Assembly (NCBI RefSeq): GCF_049075655.1 | Contig: NZ_CP157522.1 | Location: 640,001 to 704,000 of the forward strand | Direction: 5' to 3' | DNA from: Methanothermococcus sp. Ax23 | GTDB taxonomy: Archaea > AGJL01 > Methanococci > Methanococcales > Methanococcaceae | Length of the DNA: 64,000 nt | Part shown: piece by piece, positions 1 through 14,977 of the stretch | How the letters are laid out: the number at the start of each line of letters is the position of its first letter | Numbering within the stretch: the first letter of the stretch is position 1 | Notes under the pieces: generated by a model | The model's input: the letters and a program-made list of their open reading frames with translations, nothing else | What the model was told of the DNA's origin: nothing | Databases searched by the model: none | Program-made: the position numbers and the translations under genes

Positions 1-1830
1 ATTTATAAAGTGCATGGCATTTTTTGATTTATTATATATTTCCGTTATATCCTTTATTAAATCTTGATTTTTTTCAACATCGTATCCTAATGAGTATAAC
101 AACGGATAATATTCATCTATTGATATATATTTATTGATATTATTATTTTCTTCCTTATTCAATACATTATGACAGCATCCTATTAACTCCAAAACTCTCT
201 TTGCCTTTGTATTTTCCTCATACTTTGGATTGTATGGGATTAACCATGCGTCATTTTCTTCATCATAGTATCCATTCAATAGATAGTGTCTAAGCAACAA
301 TATGTCTTCCTTTGATACATCATGCCAGTAGTAAGTATATCTTGGATGTAGTGGCGTTTCAGTTTCTATTGCAAATTTTACAGCTTCTTTATGGCTTGGA
401 TTATTTATAAATTCCTTTTTATAACATATATTCTTTGAAATTAGTATTTTTTCATACCACTCCTCGCACCAACTGCTTGGAAGTATTGAGTGGTTGTTTT
501 CAAGGAAATCTCCAAAATTAACTAAAATATCTCCTAAGAATAGTATCTCTTCCACAGAGTCCCTATATTCCAATGCCTTTTCAATTGTGTCTATTTTTAT
601 TACATTTCCATTTTTTAATTTCACAATAGGCGGTTCTATGCTATCTACTGGGACAACACATGTTGCCTTTCCCGGTCTTTCAGTTTTTAACTGAGTTCCA
701 ATAGCCATAAAGTCATCTACCAAATACATAAGTGCAGGATGGAATCCATCCGTTGCAAATCCTGTATTTCTGCTTCTCCCATACCTTAATCTAAACCCCC
801 CTGCTTTTGAAGGATGGGCAAAAACTGGTCTTCCCGCAATTACTTCCCCTATAAACTTTGTAATTGCTTCGATTTCAACATCGTCGTATAATTTACTATA
901 TTCTTCAAATTCTTCATCATCCACTTCATTGACTTCATCGTCTAAGTTTTCCTTTTCGTTTTCATTTCCTTTTTCATCTTTTTTGCCCTTTAACTCCTTT
1001 AACCAATCCCATCCTTCAATTCCAAGTTTATCAACGTGCCTTAAAATTTTTGGAGCTTTTAAAAGCACACCTTCAACAAGTGCAAGGAGAGCTCCCCCTC
1101 TTATCTGATTAGTTTCTACTCTATCTAAATCCCTATGTCCGCTGACTTCAACATCGTCTGTGGCTTCCCCTGTAATTTCTATTGATATATTTTTTACTGC
1201 TGTTCTTATTTCCTCAGCTTTTGGAGAATACTGAAAGCTACCTACTTCTGATTGATATAAATCAACCTCTTCTACATATCTTTCTATTTCATCATCATTA
1301 GGTAAATATCTATTTAATCCCATGTTTTTTCGGACATAATCACCAACAAGAACGGCTAGTGCCTGAGCTGTCCCTCCTGCACTTCTAATTGGTCCTGCAA
1401 AATATATTGCTAAATACTCACTTCCATCCTTGTTCTTTTTTATTTTAACATGGGCAATACCTTCAAGGGGAGCTGCCACAATTCCTTCTGTGATTATTGC
1501 TAAGGCTGTTCTTACAGCCTGTTCCGCCAGTTCTTCCCTATTTCCACTGTTTCCAAATTTTCCCTCAACTATTTCTTTTGCAATCTCCAATGCAGCAGGT
1601 TCTTTACCGAGCTCAGAAACTAACTCCCTAATTCTCTCAGACACTCCTTTTGGACCTACAAGCCCTTCAACTCTATCTGCCATATCCTTCGCAAGTGGAA
1701 TTTCTACAAAATCAGATACATCATATCCTTTTTTTCTACACTCTTCCGCAATATTGTAAATTTCCTTAACATTCTCTAAAATATTTTTAAAATAAGATTC
1801 CATATTCTTAGAGGAGCTCACATGAAACAT
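1..1830 (-). CDS. polC: DNA polymerase D (II) large subunit DP2, 5' part; runs off the left edge
   Basis: Not in the ORF track because it is truncated. ATG at 1830 follows a GGTGA RBS. Translates [18 protein letters not shown]...[18 protein letters not shown]...[12 protein letters not shown]...[16 protein letters not shown]...[14 protein letters not shown], the DP2 N-terminal motifs. Confidence 0.95.
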   Translation of the reverse strand, partial: MFHVSSSKNMESYFKNILENVKEIYNIAEECRKKGYDVSDFVEIPLAKDMADRVEGLVGPKGVSERIRELVSELGKEPAALEIAKEIVEGKFGNSGNREELAEQAVRTALAIITEGIVAAPLEGIAHVKIKKNKDGSEYLAIYFAGPIRSAGGTAQALAVLVGDYVRKNMGLNRYLPNDDEIERYVEEVDLYQSEVGSFQYSPKAEEIRTAVKNISIEITGEATDDVEVSGHRDLDRVETNQIRGGALLALVEGVLLKAPKILRHVDKLGIEGWDWLKELKGKKDEKGNENEKENLDDEVNEVDDEEFEEYSKLYDDVEIEAITKFIGEVIAGRPVFAHPSKAGGFRLRYGRSRNTGFATDGFHPALMYLVDDFMAIGTQLKTERPGKATCVVPVDSIEPPIVKLKNGNVIKIDTIEKALEYRDSVEEILFLGDILVNFGDFLENNHSILPSSWCEEWYEKILISKNICYKKEFINNPSHKEAVKFAIETETPLHPRYTYYWHDVSKEDILLLRHYLLNGYYDEENDAWLIPYNPKYEENTKAKRVLELIGCCHNVLNKEENNNINKYISIDEYYPLLYSLGYDVEKNQDLIKDITEIYNKSKNAMHFIN

Positions 1831-1943
1831 ATCTTCACCATATTATAAAATTGTAGATTTAGTAAAATAATATGTCCATCAAATATAAATATTAAAGTAA
1901 GTATTAAGTATATCTAAATATATAAATATATATTTGTAAAAAA

Positions 1944-2192
1944 TATGGGCATGAGGACTATAGCCCGCCTTCTGTAATTTCGGCGACATTCAGCTAAGCG
2001 CTAAATGCTTGCACCCGTGCAGAATGGCCTCGTTTCACCGGCTCCTTGAAACTCCTCAATTTTCATATCATAGTCATCTGTTTCAAGGCCGTGTCGTTTC
2101 TATACACCATTCAATCCTTCTCAGGATATTATGCACATAATGGGTGGGCGGAGCTTCCTCCTAAATGGGAGTCGCCAGTCCTCTTGCCCATA
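1944..2192 (-). ncRNA. rnpB: RNase P RNA (archaeal type M)
   Basis: GC-rich island. Minus strand has a terminal helix UAUGGGCA...UGCCCAUA and the P4 signatures GAGGAAGCUCCGCC and ACAGAAGGCGGGCUA. About 250 nt, consistent with type M. Confidence 0.93.
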
Positions 2193-2252
2193 GTTAATAT
2201 ATTGTAAAATTACATTACACTCGAAAACTCGAAACTATATTGGATAAAAAAA

Positions 2253-2371
2253 TGGCTAACGGCGTCACCCTGTTCCCACCGAAAGGCAGTACTTAGGGTA
2301 TCGCTGGAGGGCTTAATTTCCGAGATCGGAACGGGATCGGATGTGGCACCTCCGCTATGACCGTTATGCCA
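2253..2371 (-). rRNA. rrf: 5S rRNA
   Basis: Minus strand TGGCATAACGGTCATAGCGGAGG...CCGATCCCGTTCCGATCTCGGAAATTAAGCC...GCCGTTAGCCA, directly downstream of 23S and followed by a T-run. Confidence 0.95.
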
Positions 2372-2423
2372 GAAAAAATAAAGCGGGCATAAGCCCCTAT
2401 ATCTTTAAGTGTCCAAGTATCCC

Positions 2424-5394
<2,971 letters not shown>

Positions 5395-5494
5395 TATGGG
5401 ATACTTGGATATCACCAGATATAGGGGCTTATGCACAACCATCATCTTAAATCAGGTTTCAGTTCATAACCCGTGAGGATTATGAACCTCGTTA

Positions 5495-5567
<73 letters not shown>

Positions 5568-5614
5568 AATCCTCAGCCCGCAACCATTTAGTGCTTAGTA
5601 ACGACCTTTTTTTC

Positions 5615-7085
<1,471 letters not shown>

Positions 7086-7339
7086 TATTTGCTAAGCATA
7101 GCTTAGCAAATACTCTTTGGAGTCGGTCAAAAAGTTTTTGGAATTGACTCGGTCGTTACTAAGTATCACTTGGTTGCGGGCTTACATCAAACCTGAGCTC
7201 CTTTTCTCTCAGGCTATCATTGACTGCATAATATGATGGTGGTTTGGATGATGTATTGTTTTTAGGTTTGGAACAATATTATATATATGCAAAAATAATC
7301 CTTCAAAAAATTAACAATAACAATAAAAAAATAAAAAAA

Positions 7340-8356
7340 TCACTTATTCTTTACAATCTTTTCCAGATTATCAAGTTGTTCCGTAGTTCCAAACGCATAA
7401 AGCACATCATTAGAGGAGATTATAATATTGGGCGGTGGATTTGTTATCAACTCGTTGTCTTTTTTAATACCTATTATAGTAGCTCCACTTTCCTGCCTTA
7501 TTCTCGTTTCAGATAAACTCTTACCTGCCAGTCGAGAGCCTTCTTCAATCTTTATCTTTCTTATCTCTAAATCTTCATCATATTCATATTTAGCTATGGA
7601 CATAAAAGTAGATACAAAATCAAGTATATCTGGCTTTAATGCAAGTTCCGCCATCCTTAAACCCCCTATAACATAAGGAGAAACTACCCTATCTGCCCCT
7701 GCAATTAAGAGCTTGTCCATGGCCACTCTTTCATCGGCTTTTGCAATAATATAAAGATTTGGATTAAGTCTTTTTGCAGATAAGGTGATATATACATTAT
7801 CAGAGTCTCTTGAAACTGTTGAAATCAGGCCTTTTGCTTCTTTTATCCTTGCCTTTAATAATGTATCATCAAGGGTGGCATCACCCACAATATAATTAAA
7901 ATTCGGATTATCTTCGAGCTCATTTTCCAAAAGTTCCGCATTATTATCTATGACAACATATTTTGCTCCAGATTTTTCAAGTTTATCTGCAACAACTTTT
8001 CCACTTCTACCATATCCGCAGATAATATAATGATTTTTTAAATATTTTATTCTTTTATCCATGTTTCTCATCTGATTTGTTTTTTTAAAATAACCGCCTA
8101 TAAAAAATTCAGCAATATTTCCCAAGGCATACAATCCTATGCCGACGCCAAATAATATATACATGGCTGAAATGAGTTTCCCCAGTTCTGTCTTTGGCAC
8201 ATAATCTCCATAACCTACTGTTGAAATAGTGACTATTGAAAAATACAGTGCATCCAATGGCCTTAATCCTTCTATATTCATCATAACTATTGAATAGATT
8301 ACAATCGCAACTCCCATTACACCTATACTTAGTTTTATCCTATCTATAACTTCCAT
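7340..8356 (-). CDS. Potassium channel with RCK (TrkA-N/TrkA-C) domains, MthK-like
   Basis: Selectivity filter TISTVGYGD, two TM helices, Rossmann motif IICGYGRSG. Start moved to MEVIDRIK (8356); the upstream extension in the ORF track is AT-rich intergenic DNA. Confidence 0.92.
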   Translation of the reverse strand: MEVIDRIKLSIGVMGVAIVIYSIVMMNIEGLRPLDALYFSIVTISTVGYGDYVPKTELGKLISAMYILFGVGIGLYALGNIAEFFIGGYFKKTNQMRNMDKRIKYLKNHYIICGYGRSGKVVADKLEKSGAKYVVIDNNAELLENELEDNPNFNYIVGDATLDDTLLKARIKEAKGLISTVSRDSDNVYITLSAKRLNPNLYIIAKADERVAMDKLLIAGADRVVSPYVIGGLRMAELALKPDILDFVSTFMSIAKYEYDEDLEIRKIKIEEGSRLAGKSLSETRIRQESGATIIGIKKDNELITNPPPNIIISSNDVLYAFGTTEQLDNLEKIVKNK

Positions 8357-8469
8357 CTTACCACATATAATACATATAAATCCAAATACATCTATGAAAA
8401 TATAAATAATAATGATGTATAAATTAATTACTACCAACTATAAATTAATAAATATAATCAACATAAAAT

Positions 8470-10029
8470 ATGAAGATGATATTTATGGACATAGGCATAA
8501 TTGATATAAAAGGTTCATTACCCTGTTTTGAAAGTTTTGGGGGCCTACCTACAAAAATAATAGACGAAAACAACACTTCAGAAATTAAAGACTTAAACAT
8601 GCTGATTATACCCGGTGGGAGTTTAGTTGAAAGCGGTTCATTGAACGAAAAATTAAAAAAACATATAATAGAATTTGATGGAATAATACTTGGAATATGT
8701 AGTGGATTTCAAATATTATCTGAAAAAATAGATATTGGTAGAAAAAGTCCAGTTCCCATTGTTAAAGAAGGTTTGGGATTGTTGAATGTTGAATTTTCAC
8801 CACTTATTTGCACAGACGAAGTTAATTTTGAATTAAAAAATGACACTATTTTTGGAAAAAGCAATGATGCTGGAATGGGATTTCATTGCCACACATACGG
8901 CAATATAAAAATAACCAACAAAAAAACAAAACAACTATGTATTTCAAAAATTAAAAAATTAAACTACAAAATGGTTGGAGATGTAGATATCATATCCGGT
9001 GTTTATCATAAAAATATCTTTGGAACAATGGTGCATGGATTTTTAGATAACGAAAATATAAAAGAAAACTTGCTTAATTCGTTAAATATCGACGAAAATG
9101 AACGAGAGTTGATATTTAAAAAAAATAAGGACATAACTCAAAAATTAAAATCTAAATCTATAATAAACACCAATACTAATATGGTAAATAGTAAGGTTAA
9201 TATTAATAATAGGAGCTCCCCTTCAAAACATTCAAAAGAAACTAATGAAAAAAAAGGATTGATTCTTCTAGCAACTGGCTCCGAAAGTGGAAAAACTTTT
9301 CTAACAACATGTATAGTATCAAAATTGGATAAAAAAACATTTGTAGCAAAAATAGGTCCCGATGTGAGAGATATTGTTCCATCACTTTATATTTTAAGAG
9401 AACCTATGTCAAAATACAGCAGTATAAAAATCGCAGATAGGGGCTGGTGTGATGTTGATGATTTTTTAAAATTTGTTAAAAATTCAGATTATACATATTA
9501 TATTATCGAAGGAGTGATGGGTGCATTTACAGGAGCATTGAACAAAAAAAATTATAGTGGAGCCGAAATATCGAAAATATTGGGATTCCCTGTATATATT
9601 GTATCATCATGCAGTAAAAGCGGTATTGAAGGAGCATTTGTGGAAAGTTTTGGATATTATTCATTATTAAAAGAGATGGGAGTTAATGTTAAAGGAATAA
9701 TATTAAATAAAATTTATAACTTTGAAGTATTTGAGAAGGTTAAAAAAATAGGAGATGAAATTGGATTACATATAATAGGAGTTGGAAAAGCAAAAATGGA
9801 TAAAAGAGGTCTGATGCCAGAGGTTGAGATAGATTATGAAAACTTCTGTAAAAATGCCATGGATTTGGATATAAAGCTCGAAATTCCGAAAATTGAAATA
9901 GATAATAATAACGATAACAATGCAAAATTAGAGGAAAACCTTTGCATTTCATCACCCTCCGCTCCGCTCCAAGAAGATAAAGATTTTGAATATTATTTAA
10001 AAAAATGGATTAATAATCATTATTTTTAA
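8470..10029 (+). CDS. CobB/CobQ-like amidotransferase with N-terminal class I GATase and C-terminal CbiA-like P-loop domain
   Basis: IIPGGS, GICSGFQ (catalytic Cys) and GTMVHG in the N-half; ATGSESGKT and IIEGVMG in the C-half. Confidence 0.75.
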   Translation: MKMIFMDIGIIDIKGSLPCFESFGGLPTKIIDENNTSEIKDLNMLIIPGGSLVESGSLNEKLKKHIIEFDGIILGICSGFQILSEKIDIGRKSPVPIVKEGLGLLNVEFSPLICTDEVNFELKNDTIFGKSNDAGMGFHCHTYGNIKITNKKTKQLCISKIKKLNYKMVGDVDIISGVYHKNIFGTMVHGFLDNENIKENLLNSLNIDENERELIFKKNKDITQKLKSKSIINTNTNMVNSKVNINNRSSPSKHSKETNEKKGLILLATGSESGKTFLTTCIVSKLDKKTFVAKIGPDVRDIVPSLYILREPMSKYSSIKIADRGWCDVDDFLKFVKNSDYTYYIIEGVMGAFTGALNKKNYSGAEISKILGFPVYIVSSCSKSGIEGAFVESFGYYSLLKEMGVNVKGIILNKIYNFEVFEKVKKIGDEIGLHIIGVGKAKMDKRGLMPEVEIDYENFCKNAMDLDIKLEIPKIEIDNNNDNNAKLEENLCISSPSAPLQEDKDFEYYLKKWINNHYF

Positions 10030-10060
10030 GAATTATAACTTATAACTATCAAGGGATAGT

Positions 10061-12085
10061 ATGGATGAAAAAAAGATAGAGCAGTTAAAACCATATATTA
10101 CCAACTATATAAGAAACTTCCACAGTGATGACATTATATCAGAAAAGGAAAGGGTAGTAATAGACTTGGAGAAATTATATAATTATGGAATAGTGGATTT
10201 TATAGAATATATTTATGAAAATCCATACGATGGATTAAAGATTTTAGAAGATGCATACGTGGAAGCATACTACGCACTAAAAAATGAAAATCCAAACTGC
10301 TCCATCACAATAAAAAACATACCCGAAGTATTCAAAAAATACAACAACAAAACATTAACAATTAAGGATATTAAAAGCAGTACATTGGGAAAACTTATAG
10401 AATTTGAAGGAATTATTGTATTAGCAACTAAAATAAAATCAATATTAAAAAAAGCAGTATATGTATGCAATAATTGTGGAAATAGGGTTGTTGTAAATAT
10501 CGATAATCCCTATGAATATAATCCAGAGTCTAAATCATGCACCAATGAAAAATGTAATGGAATATTACAGATAGTAGAAAACGAATCGGAGTATATTGAC
10601 TTCCAGGAATTAAAAGTTCAACAACCGCTGGATTTAATGGATGACCCAGAGGAACCTCCAAAATATATATCTGTATTTTTAGAAAATTCGCCGGGCATAT
10701 TCTGCGGAAGGGTAAAAATAATAGGAATACCCATCAAATACCAAAGTAGTAAAAAACTACCAATATATGACATATACATAAGAGGGCTAAATTGCGAAAT
10801 AATAGAAAATAAATTAGAAAGTGAGCTCACCGAAGATGACATTGAAAAAATAGAAAAAGTTGCCAAACACCCAAAAGTGCTGGATATATTATCAAATGAA
10901 CTCATCCCAGAAATAAAAGGATATGAAACTATAAAGAAGGCGATATTTTTACAGCAGATAAAAGGAGTTAAAAAAGGGAATAAAAGAGCCGACAGCCACA
11001 TACTTTTAATTACCGACCCGGGGATTGGAAAAAGTGTTATGCTCAGAAAAATAGCGGAGCTCCCGGGAAACCTATATGGTTCTGTAACCACGGCATCAGG
11101 AGTTGGTTTAACCGCAGCAGTTGTTAGGGAAAAAACTGAAATTGGGGATGATACGTGGGTTATAAAACCAGGTTTGTTGGTTAAAGCAAACAAGGGGACC
11201 GCATGTATTGACGAGCTAACTGTTAATAAGGACCTTCAAAGTTTTGTTTTAGAGGCTATGGAAAGCCAAACAATTCACATTAATAAAGGGGGTATAAATA
11301 CAAAGCTTCCAGCAGAGTGTGCAATTCTTGCTGCATGCAACCCAAGATGGGGAAAATTTGACCCCAATGTTTCAATACCTGAACAGATAAACATACCTGC
11401 CCCTATGTTAAGTAGATTTGATATAATATTTCCAATAAAGGATGAAGTAGATAGGGCAAAGGACAAAGACATAGCAAAACATATTATCAATATCCATAGA
11501 AAATATTTGAAGAAGGACGAAGGAGACATAAAAGTCGATAAAGAGACTAAAATTAATGGTGTTGAAATCGACGATGAATTTATCATAAAATATATATTAT
11601 ATGCTAGACAGAAAAAGCCAATTATATCAAAAAATGCAGAGGATATTTTAGTAGAATACTACACAAACATGAGGAAGAGCTCTATACAAATAACCGCAAG
11701 GCAGCTTGAAGCTGCGATTCGACTTGCTGAAGCTCATGCAAAGGTGAAATTAAAGGATGTTGTGGAAGAAGAGGATGCAGAAGAGGCAATAAATATAATA
11801 ATGGAATCACTAAAAGAGATAGCCTATGATCCAGAAACTGGTATGATTGATATAGGGAAGATTACGGGAGAATCAAACAAGGATAAAAATAAAATGAAGG
11901 AGATATACACAATTATTAAAAAACTCTCAGAAAAGAACAACGAGGGATTGGTGTTATTCGAAGATATATTGGAAGAAACTAAAAAGAAGGGAATGGATGA
12001 AGAAGAAACCGAGAACATCATTAAAAAATTATTAAAGAGGGGGGACATCGACGAACCAAGGAATGGAAAATACCGAATTATATAA
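10061..12085 (+). CDS. mcm: Replicative helicase MCM (no intein)
   Basis: Zn finger CNNC...CTNEKC, Walker A DPGIGKS, ASGVGLTAAV, Walker B CIDE, arginine finger LSRFD, ITARQLEA, C-terminal wHTH. Confidence 0.96.
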   Translation: MDEKKIEQLKPYITNYIRNFHSDDIISEKERVVIDLEKLYNYGIVDFIEYIYENPYDGLKILEDAYVEAYYALKNENPNCSITIKNIPEVFKKYNNKTLTIKDIKSSTLGKLIEFEGIIVLATKIKSILKKAVYVCNNCGNRVVVNIDNPYEYNPESKSCTNEKCNGILQIVENESEYIDFQELKVQQPLDLMDDPEEPPKYISVFLENSPGIFCGRVKIIGIPIKYQSSKKLPIYDIYIRGLNCEIIENKLESELTEDDIEKIEKVAKHPKVLDILSNELIPEIKGYETIKKAIFLQQIKGVKKGNKRADSHILLITDPGIGKSVMLRKIAELPGNLYGSVTTASGVGLTAAVVREKTEIGDDTWVIKPGLLVKANKGTACIDELTVNKDLQSFVLEAMESQTIHINKGGINTKLPAECAILAACNPRWGKFDPNVSIPEQINIPAPMLSRFDIIFPIKDEVDRAKDKDIAKHIINIHRKYLKKDEGDIKVDKETKINGVEIDDEFIIKYILYARQKKPIISKNAEDILVEYYTNMRKSSIQITARQLEAAIRLAEAHAKVKLKDVVEEEDAEEAINIIMESLKEIAYDPETGMIDIGKITGESNKDKNKMKEIYTIIKKLSEKNNEGLVLFEDILEETKKKGMDEEETENIIKKLLKRGDIDEPRNGKYRII

Positions 12086-12191
12086 TATCAAAAACCTTCA
12101 ACATTATCAGCTTCATCGAATATAATGGGCATATTATAATTAAATCCATTCGATAAAAAAATATTAATGTAAAAAGAATACTTGTGATACA

Positions 12192-13247
12192 ATGAACATA
12201 ATATATCAGACCGCATCAGATTTTTTAACAAATGATATATGGGTCATGCCAACAGATAGGAAAAATATACTTGAATTAGATGAAAGCGGAGAAATTAAAA
12301 TATTTAACAATATTCCAGTTTTAAGGGTGCTTGCAACACCCTCTTTAAAAAAAACAATTAGTAGGTTAGTTTATACCATAAAAGATAAAATGGTTTTATT
12401 TAAAAATAAAGACGAAAATATTAATTTAAATATATTTAAATACTTGGACAAAATGTACTTCAAAACCCCAAATAAAAATTATTATAGGACAAAAAAAGCA
12501 TGGTATAGATTCATTGGCGATTTATTTGAAGACATCAACAATTGGAATTTTAAAAAGGTCATTACTAAAACCATAATACTACTTAAAATATTAAAGCCCG
12601 TGTTAGTATTTGATGTCCATAATGTTTCAAAATGGAACCATATAGAAGGTTTTAAAAAATTTATAAACACACTTCATAAACATAACATCAGCATCGTAAT
12701 AAGATGCCCAGTTGAATCCATAAACCACATAAAAAAAACATTTGAAAACTCAAAAATAAACAATATTGCCGTGATGAAGTACTATGGAAAACTAAAAGGA
12801 TATAATATCTCAACAAAAGTAGCAGAATATTTATTAAAAATATCCAATGGGAATATAAACATACTAAAATTAATATTGCCGCATTCAAAACGGGATTTAA
12901 AGACATTGCGAGATTTAAAAATACCATGGTTAAAAATAATTCCATTGATTGTTCCAAAAAAATATAAACGCATAATGGAAATAGTATGCAGCATGAAAAA
13001 ATTCAGCATAAGTAATATTGAAAAATACATCAATTTAAAAATACCTACAATATATGCATATTTAAGTGATTTAGTTGATATGAAACTGCTAAAAAAGAGA
13101 AGAATTGGAAGAAATTTAATATACAAATTAAACCTAAATAAAGATGAGTTATTCTATTTTATTAACAATATACCTTATAAAGACTTACATTACAGTGTTT
13201 TTTTAGACTCTCAGTCAATACATAATGGATTTCGGCTTTTCGGATAG
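12192..13247 (+). CDS. Hypothetical protein: degenerate AAA+-like region plus C-terminal winged HTH
   Basis: Walker-B-like PVLVFDVHN, lid-like VAEYLLKISNGNINIL, wHTH IPTIYAYLSDLVDMKLLKKRRIGRNLIYKL. No Walker A. Confidence 0.65.
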   Translation: MNIIYQTASDFLTNDIWVMPTDRKNILELDESGEIKIFNNIPVLRVLATPSLKKTISRLVYTIKDKMVLFKNKDENINLNIFKYLDKMYFKTPNKNYYRTKKAWYRFIGDLFEDINNWNFKKVITKTIILLKILKPVLVFDVHNVSKWNHIEGFKKFINTLHKHNISIVIRCPVESINHIKKTFENSKINNIAVMKYYGKLKGYNISTKVAEYLLKISNGNINILKLILPHSKRDLKTLRDLKIPWLKIIPLIVPKKYKRIMEIVCSMKKFSISNIEKYINLKIPTIYAYLSDLVDMKLLKKRRIGRNLIYKLNLNKDELFYFINNIPYKDLHYSVFLDSQSIHNGFRLFG

Positions 13248-13394
13248 TATGATATTTTATTGAATAACACATAATCATGGTTTTTTATTATCAAATATGT
13301 TTTGTGTATGGTTATGACACACTTCTATTTTTACCATAAGGTTTTAAAATAATACTATACGAAATGAGAATATAAATGATTTTCTTAAAAGTGT

Positions 13395-13762
13395 TTCGGG
13401 TTTTCGAACTTCATGTATGTATAGGAAATAAAAATGTATGTCCAAAAACAAAAAAATAAAATTATTCCAGACGTTTTATATTGTATTATTTTTTTGCACT
13501 TAATATGTATATAATCAAAAAAAAATGAATTATACATTATAATATTACATATAACATTACATTATACATATAACTAAATAAATAAAACAAAATATAAATA
13601 AAATCAGATTAAAAAACCGTATATTATGTATTAAATTTATATACTAATGTTTAAGTAAAATATAAGCATTTTCCATTGAATAATTTTCTACGAATAATTG
13701 AAAATCATAATTTTTTTGGAGATTTTCCAGGGCCATACATACATCATGCTCGAAAACCCGAA
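13395..13762. repeat. ~30 bp inverted repeats flanking a ~310 bp AT-rich tract (candidate origin element)
   Basis: 13395-13424 TTCGGGTTTTCGA-acttc-ATGTATGTAT-aG versus reverse complement of 13733-13762 TTCGGGTTTTCGA-gcatg-ATGTATGTAT-gG. Confidence 0.8.
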
Positions 13763-13768
13763 TTACTA

Positions 13769-14290
13769 TTATTTTTGATTTTCATAATACTTTTTCAGAT
13801 AGTTAATATGCCTACAATCCGAGGATTGACATGCTACACACCACCAGGTGCCTGTTTTTGATTTAAAAACCGTTGATATCTCCTCTCCATTTTCATCATA
13901 GAATTTAAATGAGATTCCACCAAATTCATCGGTGAATTTCCTTATTTCAAAACCTATTCTATTTACTGGATAATACTTGGTTCTAAATTTCTTTTTCGAT
14001 AGACTTTCGAAAAGACCCGAAAAACTAAGGTCAAATATTTCAGGGCATACTCTCTTTAAAATTGCAATTCCTTTTGTAGTTAATGAGTATAATACTTTAT
14101 GACCGTTTCTATCTCTTTTTGTTAAGTTTAAAGCAGTGCAAAGCCTTAAAAATTGTGATGGAATGCCCTTAGAGATTTTTAGGTTTTCGGTTATTTGCTG
14201 GGGATAGGCTGTGCCACGAATCAACACATAATGTAAAATTAATTTCCTTATTGGAGTAGATACTGTTTTATTTATGATATAATCCATCAT
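13769..14290 (-). CDS. ArsR-like winged-HTH protein with C-terminal Zn-binding motif
   Basis: STPIRKLIL...QITENLKISKGIPSQFLRL...KRDRNGHKVLYSLT; C-terminal WWCVACQSSDCRH (CxxC-x4-CxH, SWIM-like). Confidence 0.75.
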   Translation of the reverse strand: MMDYIINKTVSTPIRKLILHYVLIRGTAYPQQITENLKISKGIPSQFLRLCTALNLTKRDRNGHKVLYSLTTKGIAILKRVCPEIFDLSFSGLFESLSKKKFRTKYYPVNRIGFEIRKFTDEFGGISFKFYDENGEEISTVFKSKTGTWWCVACQSSDCRHINYLKKYYENQK

Positions 14291-14918
14291 ACCACCATTT
14301 TTTTATAAATTACGTATTTATAATTGATAATTTGTAATTTAATAAATTGTTTAGTTGTATTTAGTATAATTTATCCTTAGATTCATTTCATGATTTTTTC
14401 ACATTGTGATTTACTATCAAATTCCATACTATATATAATTTTTTGTCAAAGAATATATTTATAATTCAGTTTTTATCGGATGTTCTTATTTTTTACGGGT
14501 AGTGGTTTTGCTATTTTTTATTTAGTTAGATATATTATGTGTAATATTATTTAGCATTATTGATTCATAGTTTTTTTTATTATATATGTTATATTCACAT
14601 TTTTAATTTTCATATATATACTAAAAATTCAATTAAAAAAAACTTTATAATTATAGTGATAGTTTATATATTTTTTAAATTTTTATTAAAGTTATTTTTA
14701 TAGCATTTTTGAGAATGTATTTCAAAGGTTTTTCAATTTTATCATTAGATTCACATTTTAATTTATTTTAAATATTTTATTCATATTTTATTTAAATTAA
14801 TGATTAGAGTTAAATAATCTTATAAATAAATGTATAAATTAATGAATATATACAATAACAAGTAATTTCGAGGTTTCTGGGTTTTCGAATAGATGATGGT
14901 TCAAAATATTAGAAATAT
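14291..14918. other. Very AT-rich intergenic tract with short direct repeats; candidate replication origin next to the cdc6-like gene
   Basis: Repeats TTAGATTCAT (14377), TTGATTCAT (14560), TTATATTCACATTTT (14589), TTAGATTCACATTTT (14745). Syntenic with the region upstream of M. jannaschii MJ0774, which I recall as the computationally proposed origin. Confidence 0.6.
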
Positions 14919-14934
14919 CCGAAAAGTATAAAAA
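14919..14934 (+). promoter_or_regulatory. BRE/TATA promoter of the cdc6-like gene
   Basis: CCGAAAAGTATAAAAA matches the Methanococcales BRE+TATA pattern, about 45 bp upstream of the ATG. Confidence 0.6.
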
Positions 14935-14977
14935 CAGGTTTTACAGTAGGATGATATACTTTAATATTGGTGGTATT

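Noticed and set aside
7244-7516. ORF starting MDDVLFLGLEQYY, also the N-terminus of the 48862-49215 ORF
   Set aside because: The shared peptide is the antisense of the duplicated rRNA leader, not a protein family.
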